Shown here piece by piece: positions 18,928-25,882 of a stretch of 25,882 bases of DNA. The DNA is from an uncultured delta proteobacterium (GTDB lineage: Bacteria > Desulfobacterota > Syntrophobacteria > BM002), in assembly GCA_963712115.1 (NCBI GenBank), contig CAVQGX010000034.1:1-25882 (forward strand), read 5' to 3'. The notes below the pieces were generated by a model. That model had not been told where the DNA came from. It made no database searches and was given only the letters and a program-made list of their open reading frames with translations. Position numbers and translations under genes: made by a program. Position 1 is the stretch's first letter. The number at the start of each line of letters is the position of its first letter.

Positions 18928-19070
18928 CGTCAAATGGTTCAAAGCGTTCAAATCGTTTAAGTTGTTAAACCGTTTAAGCCGTCCATCACAGAGGTCAGAA
19001 GTCGGAGATCAGAGATCAGCTTTACCGCTGACCTCCGACATCTGATCTCTGACCTCTGAGTTCTACCTGC
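18928..19070. repeat. Long inverted repeat, right copy
   Basis: Reverse complement of 16870-17004, with about one extra 9-mer unit. Confidence 0.9.
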
Positions 19071-19128
19071 TGCCCGCTGCCTGCTGCCTGCTGAAATGGG
19101 GGGCTCGACTCTACCTGACTAATGCAGT

Positions 19129-20382
19129 ATGATTGGCCGCATGAAAGCAATCGTCCTCATTGTCTACCTGTTCTTCCTCGGCTTCTCTATGTGGCTCAAG
19201 TGGTTGAACATTACGTATCTTAAAGAGCAGGGCCAGCAGGTCCCACCCGAGTTCGCCGGAGCTATCAATGGTGACACCTTGAGAAAAACCACATCCTACA
19301 CGGCGGAAACCAGCAGGCTGAGTGTTATTGCCTCGATTCTCAATAATATACTTGTGATTGCCTTCCTCTTCGGGGGAATCATAACCATATATGACGGTTG
19401 GATTGCTTCCCTCTCTCAATCATTTGTTTTGAGGGGAGTACTTTTTATGCTAGGCCTTCTCTATGGAGAGACCATTTTTTCTATTCCATTTAGCCTATAC
19501 AAGAATTTCAGTATCGAGAACCGCTACAGCTTCAATACCCTCACCGGGAAACTTTGGTTGAGCGATTTGATTAAATCTACGGTTATCTCAACCCTTCTGC
19601 TGTCAATCCTCGTTGCGGCAGCTCTTTATCTGGTCCAGTATACACCCGGGTGGTGGTGGCTGTGGGTTTGGCTTCTGTTTCTGCTCTTTAGCATCTTTCT
19701 CATGTATATTTCGCCCTACGTTATTGAACCACTCTTTTTCAAATTCGAACCGGTGCAGACCGAGGGGCTGGAGGGAGAGATCAGATCTTTGATGGAAAAA
19801 GCGGGGCTGAAGGTGGGCAGTGTGTTTCAGGTAGATGCTTCCAAACGTAGCCGACATTCCAACGCCTATTTTACCGGAATAGGTAGGGTAAAGCGAATCG
19901 TCCTTTTCGACACCCTGCTGGAGAGTATGAGTCAGAGTGAGATTATTGCGGTGCTTGCCCACGAAGTGGGACATTGGAAAAAAAAGCACGTGTTGAAAAG
20001 GATCATACTGACCGAAACAGTGGCACTGGGAGCAATCTTTCTCGCCCACAAATTGCTCAATTGGGAGGGGTTGCCTGGCATGATCGGCTTGCAGGAGGGT
20101 TCCTTCTATGTGCGGCTTGCCATACTGGGATTTCTCGGATCCCTGCTAATCTTCCCCCTCACGCCAGCTTTGAGCCTTCTTTCCCGCAAGCATGAATGGC
20201 AAGCAGATAGGTTCGCCTGCGCGCTCACTGGACGACCCCTGGATTTGGCCAATGCTTTGATAAAGCTCTCCAAGGACAACCTGGCCAATCTTCATCCCCA
20301 TCCCCTTTACGCCGCTTTCTACTATAGTCATCCTCCCGTGGTGCAGCGGGTCGGCAAGCTGCAGGATCAAGCTGCTTCGTAA
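19129..20382 (+). CDS. M48 family (Ste24-like) membrane zinc metallopeptidase; start may be 19141
   Basis: DASKRSRHSNAYFTG, KRIVLFDTL, HEVGH (HEXXH), EWQAD, YYSHPP. Confidence 0.93.
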   Translation: MIGRMKAIVLIVYLFFLGFSMWLKWLNITYLKEQGQQVPPEFAGAINGDTLRKTTSYTAETSRLSVIASILNNILVIAFLFGGIITIYDGWIASLSQSFVLRGVLFMLGLLYGETIFSIPFSLYKNFSIENRYSFNTLTGKLWLSDLIKSTVISTLLLSILVAAALYLVQYTPGWWWLWVWLLFLLFSIFLMYISPYVIEPLFFKFEPVQTEGLEGEIRSLMEKAGLKVGSVFQVDASKRSRHSNAYFTGIGRVKRIVLFDTLLESMSQSEIIAVLAHEVGHWKKKHVLKRIILTETVALGAIFLAHKLLNWEGLPGMIGLQEGSFYVRLAILGFLGSLLIFPLTPALSLLSRKHEWQADRFACALTGRPLDLANALIKLSKDNLANLHPHPLYAAFYYSHPPVVQRVGKLQDQAAS

Positions 20383-20418
20383 GAAGTCCTAGGTGGTCAG
20401 TATGAAAATTGGTCCGGG

Positions 20419-21525
20419 CTAGGGAGTCAATTGAAGCCTTTGTCCCACCCTTAGCAAGGATCCTTGAATGTTGTTGAGCCTTTTCAAGGTTGTTACGGAG
20501 ATCCCGGTTCTCACCGAAATATGGCTTAGAGTATCGCCTGCTTGAACCACGTAATGGTTGGGGGATGGTTCGGTAACTTCTCCAGATGATTTATTATCAA
20601 GCCGTTGAAGAGCCTCTGTTAGCCTGGATTCGGTGCCAAGGGGGACCTTAATGGTGTATTGTCCAGTTGGTAATTGGTGTCTAAGGATATGAGGGTTTAG
20701 CTCTTTTAGAACCCTGTATTCTGAGCCTATGGCGGCCGCCACATAGGCGAGATGGAGTTGCCTGTCAATTTTGACCTGGACGGTATCGTATTCTAAGGGC
20801 TGGTATATCTGTTCCTCTACCAAGTGGTAGCCATAGCGTTGTGGATTCTCCATGATGATCTTTATGGCGGTAATGCGAAAGATGAAACGCTCAGTCTCTG
20901 AGGGAAGGTTGAGGCTGTAAAAGTCGTCGACCTTTTGTTTGCTTATTTCCCTTTTGAGATGATACTCCCCGCAGTTATACGCTGCCAGTACCATCGTCCA
21001 GCTGGCGAATGTATCCCGAAGGTGTTTAATATAGTTTAGGGCTGCATCAGTGGCATGCTCAAAATCCAATCGTTCATCGATCATCTGGTTTTTGCGAAGG
21101 CCGTATTCTCTGCCAGTGGGAGCCATCAGTTGCCATAATCCTACGGCTCCCTTACTCGAACGGATGCCAGTGATAAGTGCACTCTCAGCCACGGCGAGGT
21201 ACTTAAGGTCGTCCGGCAGTCCTTCCTCAGCCAGTTTTTTTTCCAGGTAAGGGAAATACCGTCCTGCCCTCTTAAGCCACAGAATGACTTGGGGCCTTTC
21301 CCAAACTGCTATGGTGAATTCTCGATCCAACTTTTCCCAGACACTGGGACTGTCAAGGGGAATCAATTCGTCGCATAGGGTGATTGATTGAGGGAGGTTA
21401 ACCCTGGCAGAATCGATGTGTTTGGTTTTCAGGGGAAAATATGCACAAGACGGAAGCAGAGCTATTAGAAATCCGAGGAGCAAACCGAAGGTGGCCAGCC
21501 GCATGGAGTGAGATTTAGCTTCCAT
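20419..21525 (-). CDS. MltD-like lytic transglycosylase with C-terminal LysM, probable lipoprotein
   Basis: LPSC lipobox-like motif; YLAVAES (catalytic Glu), AVGLWQLM, AAYNCG; LysM YVVQAGDTLSHIS...LKRLNNI. Confidence 0.9.
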   Translation of the reverse strand: MEAKSHSMRLATFGLLLGFLIALLPSCAYFPLKTKHIDSARVNLPQSITLCDELIPLDSPSVWEKLDREFTIAVWERPQVILWLKRAGRYFPYLEKKLAEEGLPDDLKYLAVAESALITGIRSSKGAVGLWQLMAPTGREYGLRKNQMIDERLDFEHATDAALNYIKHLRDTFASWTMVLAAYNCGEYHLKREISKQKVDDFYSLNLPSETERFIFRITAIKIIMENPQRYGYHLVEEQIYQPLEYDTVQVKIDRQLHLAYVAAAIGSEYRVLKELNPHILRHQLPTGQYTIKVPLGTESRLTEALQRLDNKSSGEVTEPSPNHYVVQAGDTLSHISVRTGISVTTLKRLNNIQGSLLRVGQRLQLTP

Positions 21526-21640
21526 AGTAGACTCCGGTCATTAGCAGGTTCAATCTTTTCCGTACAAGCTAACTAGCTGAAATAAAATTGTATTTTTTGA
21601 GAGTTAGATTTTTCTCTCTCTTTCCCCGGTATAATACTGG

Positions 21641-21658
21641 TGCAGGGTTGGTGCCAAA
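21641..21658 (-). promoter_or_regulatory. sigma54 -24/-12 promoter for the transglycosylase gene
   Basis: Minus strand TTTGGCACCAACCCTGCA = GG-N10-GC. Confidence 0.65.
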
Positions 21659-21837
21659 GGGTTGGAGAACATCAAAAACCTCGGTCAATTGCAGTTTTAT
21701 TAAGTTCCTTGCTAAATTCCAACATCTGGCCATGTCGGCAAATTTGGCCAAAGGGCAAAAAGGGATTGGTGAAAAGGCCAGCTCATGAAGGCGGGGTGAG
21801 GAATGTAAGTAAATGTTAATTAATGATAATAAATTAT

Positions 21838-21867
21838 TTGACTTTTTTCTCTTAGAGGGACTATCAT
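21838..21867 (+). promoter_or_regulatory. sigma70 promoter for the cold-shock gene
   Basis: TTGACT-18 bp-TATCAT with AT-rich upstream DNA; implies a ~120-nt 5' UTR, as is usual for csp genes. Confidence 0.55.
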
Positions 21868-21994
21868 CACCTAAACCATGAAGGGGCCGTATATATTGAC
21901 GGCCAGGTTTCGTTTTGAGGTAGGATCCATTTGTAAAAAAGTGGCAACCTCAAGTGTGGAACCGTTAGAATTTTTTCGAAAGGAGGGTGTCACT

Positions 21995-22195
21995 ATGGCC
22001 ACTGGCATCGTAAAGTGGTTTGATGACCGCAAAGGCTACGGATTTATTGAGCAAGAAGATGGTCCGGATGTATTCGTTCATCACTCAGGGATCAACGCAA
22101 GCGGTTTCAAATCTCTCAACGAAGGCGACAGAGTAACCTTTGACGTGGAACAGGGCAAAAAAGGTCCTGCCGCAGTAAACGTCACCAAGGCTTAG
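21995..22195 (+). CDS. Cold-shock protein (CspA family), 66 aa
   Basis: AAGGAGG RBS; [18 protein letters not shown] (RNP1), DVFVHHS (RNP2). Confidence 0.96.
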   Translation: MATGIVKWFDDRKGYGFIEQEDGPDVFVHHSGINASGFKSLNEGDRVTFDVEQGKKGPAAVNVTKA

Positions 22196-22218
22196 TTGCT
22201 AGTAACACGGTTATCACG

Positions 22219-22255
22219 GGCGTCTTGTCTAAACAGGACAAGACGCCTTTTTTTT
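22219..22255 (+). terminator. Rho-independent terminator
   Basis: GGCGTCTTGTC / GACAAGACGCC stem followed by T8. Confidence 0.9.
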
Positions 22256-22466
22256 GCGGGTCGCCCTGAAAGTCGCACATTCCGCATTCCGCATCCGAAA
22301 GCCGCAATCAGAGTTGCTCCAGTACTCCAAACCAGATATCGAATGAGCTATTTGGTCAGGACAAATTTGGCCAATTGGCCAAACTTTTTTGAAAGCCCAT
22401 ACTGTCGTAAAATCGCGAATATTCGCAAATGTCCTAAATAAATACGATTTCTCTTCCCTCCTATTC

Positions 22467-22483
22467 TTGGCACTACTTCTGCA
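22467..22483 (+). promoter_or_regulatory. sigma54 -24/-12 promoter
   Basis: TTGGCACTACTTCTGCA = GG-N10-GC, about 80 bp before the ATG at 22561. Confidence 0.7.
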
Positions 22484-22560
22484 GATACGGACGGGTGGCA
22501 ATCTCAATCTAAGCGGGGTTCTGCAACTATTCTGGATAACTATTCTTGGAAGATAAACTT

Positions 22561-22680
22561 ATGAATGGAAGGCCAAGCGAAAGATGCGGAGGTTGTGTTT
22601 GGTGGCACGAGGGACCTCTTATGTGCCAGGGGTGCCCTAACAATCCAGATACAAAGAGAAAGGAAGCTGGAGGTGATTGA
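22561..22680 (+). CDS. Small 4-Cys protein, 39 aa (not in ORF track)
   Basis: MNGRPSERCGGCVWWHEGPLMCQGCPNNPDTKRKEAGGD*; two CxxC pairs; the stop overlaps the next ATG (TGATG). Confidence 0.55.
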   Translation: MNGRPSERCGGCVWWHEGPLMCQGCPNNPDTKRKEAGGD

Positions 22681-23408
22681 TGTCGCAGCAAGAGAGGGAC
22701 TTCCAATCCTGCCCATTTTGTGACGCTAGTGAGTACGGAGATGAAGGTGTGAGGTTGAGACTCGTCTCCACTTCCAGTGGCTATTATGCAGTCATCTGTT
22801 ATTGTGGTGCTGCGGGGCCAATAAGAGATAGTGAAGAAAAGGCAATAGAAGCCTGGAATAGGCGAGACTTTTCTAGAGGAGATGCAGCCCAAAATTTGTT
22901 CAGTGCATCATTTACACTGGGGCAGGTGGGACTTAGAGGGGATCTTCAATCCTTCGATTTTTCTATGGTCCTGCAGGTTGTTTCTAAAGGTGAAAAGACT
23001 GGCGTCCTTTACTTTAGACAAGGGGAGGAAGTCAGGGCCTTGCATTTAAGAGGTGGTAACATCATCGCTGCCAGCGGCAACGAGGGACTGCGCTTGGGGC
23101 AAATCGGATTTGGCAAAGGGTTGATTTCTCAAGAACAGCTGCAGGAGGTTTTGATAGAGGCAAAGAAGACCGGGAGGCGAATGGGTGAGGTCCTCCTTGA
23201 TCTTTCCTATATAAATGAGGATGAGCTTAAAGAGTTGATTCGTCACCAGATAAGAGAGATAGTCTTGGAAATTTCCTGCTGGAAAGAAGGAGATTTTGAA
23301 TTTCGGGACTATCCAGAAGAATTTGACGAACGAGGGATCGAAGACATTAATATCATGAGAATAATTCTGGAGGCAGCGGTAAGAAGAGATGAAAGGGCTG
23401 CTGCCTAA
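22680..23408 (+). CDS. Lar-like zinc ribbon fused to a DUF4388 (PATAN-like) domain
   Basis: GGAGGTG RBS; CPFC...VICYCGAAGP...AIEAWNRR, then LRGDLQSFDFSMVLQ...KTGVLYF...LRLGQ...WKEGDFEF...EAAVRRDE. Confidence 0.75.
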   Translation: MSQQERDFQSCPFCDASEYGDEGVRLRLVSTSSGYYAVICYCGAAGPIRDSEEKAIEAWNRRDFSRGDAAQNLFSASFTLGQVGLRGDLQSFDFSMVLQVVSKGEKTGVLYFRQGEEVRALHLRGGNIIAASGNEGLRLGQIGFGKGLISQEQLQEVLIEAKKTGRRMGEVLLDLSYINEDELKELIRHQIREIVLEISCWKEGDFEFRDYPEEFDERGIEDINIMRIILEAAVRRDERAAA

Positions 23409-23773
23409 CCCGGATAATTCACGAGTCGGCTGCTCCGACCGCGGATATGGGCGTCCTTCCGTGCGTCCTCGGGTCCCGCACCCTGCAACGTACTTTTCAA
23501 GTACGCCTCGCCTTCGATCTTGGATTTCGGATTTCGGATCTCGGATTTTTGACAACAATTGATTATATCGAACTCAATAGTTCAGATTTTGCCATTTGTT
23601 CTCTGGTTTCCAAGAGCTTTTGAGCAAATTTTCAATCCGCATTCCGCATCCGCATTCCCCAATCGTCAACCCGGTGGCCCGCCCGCCTCGCCTGAGCGAG
23701 CAGGCTCGCGATGGCGGGCAGGCAAGCCCATCTTCACGGTCTCGCGACACCAATTCGTGAATTATCCGGGTTA
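23406..23773. mobile_element. MITE-like element with 19-bp terminal inverted repeats and nested REP-like repeats
   Basis: TAACCCGGATAATTCACGA (23406-23424) / TCGTGAATTATCCGGGTTA (23755-23773); no transposase inside. Confidence 0.7.
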
Positions 23774-23802
23774 AATTTCCCTCTTTGTTGCTCGGAAGGT
23801 TT

Positions 23803-25419
23803 CTATTTTCTCTTTTGGTTATTCTTCTTCCTCGCAAGCTCGAGCTCCTTTTGAATTTCATCTTTGCTGATTATGAGCGACTGGAATTTGGAGTAGTGTA
23901 GAGCTCTAGAGGGCTGATGTTCCTGTACGTCCTCTTTTAACGCATCCATAATGCTTCCTTTTTTCCAAGCTGTTATAAATGCGTTGACGTACATAGGATC
24001 AAACTGTATTCCTTTTCTTTGACGCAATTCCTCGATAGCAAGTTCAGGATCGAGACCATTTTTGTAGGGCCGGGTGGTGGTCATGGCGTCAAAGGCGTCA
24101 CATACTAGCAGCAGTCGGCCCTCCTCAGGAATTTCATTTTGTTTCAATCCATAGGGATAGCCATTACCATCCCAATGTTCGTGATGGTAAAGGATAAAGG
24201 GAAGGACCGGCTCCAGGAAATCTATTCCGGCAACCATCTTGGCGCCAATCTCCGGATGCTGCTTCATAATCTGCCATTCTTCATCAGCCAGCTTTTCGCT
24301 CTTCAAGAAGATACTGTCAGGAATGCCGATCTTGCCGATATCGTGAAGAATTCCACCTAATTCAGCCGTGCCCAGCTCCTCCCCTGACCACCCCAAAGAG
24401 GAGGCAACAGCCACGGCAAGACGACTGACTCGCCAGTTGTGCCCCACAGTGTATGGATCCCTTGCGTCTACGGCCTTGGCTAAAGCACGAATTGTATCCC
24501 TGTAGCTCCTTTTTAACTGGCCTAAATAAAGGGCGTTCTGAATCTGTACCGACGCCGGACCGGCTATCGAAATCAGGAGCTCAAGATCATCCTCGGTAAA
24601 AGCTTTAACCTGGCTGGACGCATCCAAGTAGATGACCCCAAGAACCTCATTTTGCCGGATTAGAGGCACGCAGAGGGCGGAACGGATTTGGTCAAGGGAG
24701 ATGCTTTCGCTCAGGGAAAATCGGTCATCCATGGTTGCATCATCAACCAGGATTCCCACTGAATCTTCCAAAACCTTGTTCAGTATACTGCGGCTGAGAA
24801 GGGAGGTATCTAGACCATTGCCCCCAGCCTTGGCCTTGGAGCAGACAATGTCGAGCTCTCCTGTATCCTCGTTGAGGGCCAGCACTGCCCCCCGTTCGGG
24901 GCCAAACATCAGAAAAATTTCCTCGAGGATCTTCTCCAGCACCATCTCCAGAACCAAATCGCCCCCAATTGCCCTGTTCATTCTCATGATTGCCTGAAGA
25001 CGCTGCAGGGTTAAATCGTCTCCCCCTGTGGCAGAAAGTTGTCCAGCTATCTGGGTCTGGGTCAGATCTGGCATCCTTCTCTCGATAGCTATGGTTGCGA
25101 GGGGGTCTTTAATCTCAGGCTTACCGATTTCTCTCTCTGAGAAGCGAAGCTCGGTAAAGCCGATAGTGATGGTGTCACCAGGTCGCAAGAGATGGCTTTC
25201 AATGTTTTCGCCGTTGACAAAGGTCCCGTTGCTGCTTTTCATGTCTTCTATAAGAAATCCCTCATCTGTTGCGAGGATCTTAGCGTGATTTCTCGAAACC
25301 TTTGCATCGATTAAACGGACTTTGTTGTCTGACCTCCTCCCAATGGTCAGCTGAGAGCGAAATGTGTGCTTTTGGCCCTGAAACGGCCCACTGAGGATCT
25401 CGAGGCAACCAGTTCTCAT
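23803..25419 (-). CDS. FHA-GAF-HD-GYP protein (probable cyclic dinucleotide phosphodiesterase)
   Basis: FHA: IGR, VSRNHA, SSNGTFVNG; GAF: SALCVPL...GVIYLD; HD-GYP: HDIGK, HHEHWDGNGYP, DAFDAM...RPYK. Confidence 0.92.
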   Translation of the reverse strand: MRTGCLEILSGPFQGQKHTFRSQLTIGRRSDNKVRLIDAKVSRNHAKILATDEGFLIEDMKSSNGTFVNGENIESHLLRPGDTITIGFTELRFSEREIGKPEIKDPLATIAIERRMPDLTQTQIAGQLSATGGDDLTLQRLQAIMRMNRAIGGDLVLEMVLEKILEEIFLMFGPERGAVLALNEDTGELDIVCSKAKAGGNGLDTSLLSRSILNKVLEDSVGILVDDATMDDRFSLSESISLDQIRSALCVPLIRQNEVLGVIYLDASSQVKAFTEDDLELLISIAGPASVQIQNALYLGQLKRSYRDTIRALAKAVDARDPYTVGHNWRVSRLAVAVASSLGWSGEELGTAELGGILHDIGKIGIPDSIFLKSEKLADEEWQIMKQHPEIGAKMVAGIDFLEPVLPFILYHHEHWDGNGYPYGLKQNEIPEEGRLLLVCDAFDAMTTTRPYKNGLDPELAIEELRQRKGIQFDPMYVNAFITAWKKGSIMDALKEDVQEHQPSRALHYSKFQSLIISKDEIQKELELARKKNNQKRK

Positions 25420-25691
25420 CTGTATGATCCCTATAATAGCTTTATTGTGCTCGATTATTACCGAGAAGTGAATAGCCCCAGTGTGTGGCTAGAGCATTGT
25501 CGGTGCCATAGGTTCTAGCAAGCCCCGTACCAAAGTTGAAGGCAAATAAAAAAATAGGGAGGAGGAATGGTTCTTTGGCCAGATGGTCTCTGGCCGTTTG
25601 GCCAAATCTAGTGATTTAGCCACGGCAATCGGGAGCCCTTGGTATGACTTAAAAGTCTGATTTTACGTGATATTTTCAATTAAATAATAGT

Positions 25692-25708
25692 TTGGCAGCA
25701 ACTTTGCT
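25692..25708 (+). promoter_or_regulatory. sigma54 -24/-12 promoter for a transcript running out of the window
   Basis: TTGGCAGCAACTTTGCT = GG-N10-GC with a TTGC -12 element. Confidence 0.65.
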
Positions 25709-25882
25709 CATACCCCTTGCCTGACTAATGTCAGCATCTTGGGGGGGAGGAAGTTGTTCAAATATCTAAAGACTAAATTCTCAGGTTTTGCCATCCTTTG
25801 GACTCTACTTAGTCTTGGGCCTGCGAGTCAGAGCTACGCATCTGTTTATGCCTACGTGAGTAACTCATTCGACAATACTGTA

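Noticed and set aside
21878-21994. N-terminal extension of the cold-shock protein
   Set aside because: The strong RBS and family length point to the ATG at 21995; the upstream part is likely 5' UTR.

Overview
Bacterial chromosomal window, probably from a Desulfobacterota/deltaproteobacterium-type organism (inferred from gene content, sigma54 promoters and heptamer-rich REP-like repeats). The right two-thirds is core genome: tRNA-Val(TAC), lon-clpX-clpP-tig, tRNA-Leu(TAG), glgA, a LapA-like protein, a CPA1 antiporter, an M48 peptidase, an MltD-like transglycosylase, a cold-shock protein, a Lar-like Zn-ribbon/DUF4388 fusion and an FHA-GAF-HD-GYP protein. The left 7.4 kb is an accessory island abutting the 3' end of tRNA-Val. 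It is divided into modules by three direct copies of a ~50-bp site (TTACATCCCTTAATTCACACTC.GCT..A.TT.A..CTGGCACAA). Each module carries co-oriented cargo genes ending in a terminator, which looks like a cassette array that does not use attC sites. One copy is split exactly at a CT dinucleotide by an IS1111-type (IS110 family) element. The element's 3' non-coding region contains a stem-internal-loop whose two strands match the two halves of that site, i.e. a readable bridge/seekRNA target loop aimed at the repeat. An IS3-family element with an A7 -1 frameshift is also present. Three sigma54 promoters share an upstream TTTGGCCAAA-type motif. All calls are by eye; no searches were run.
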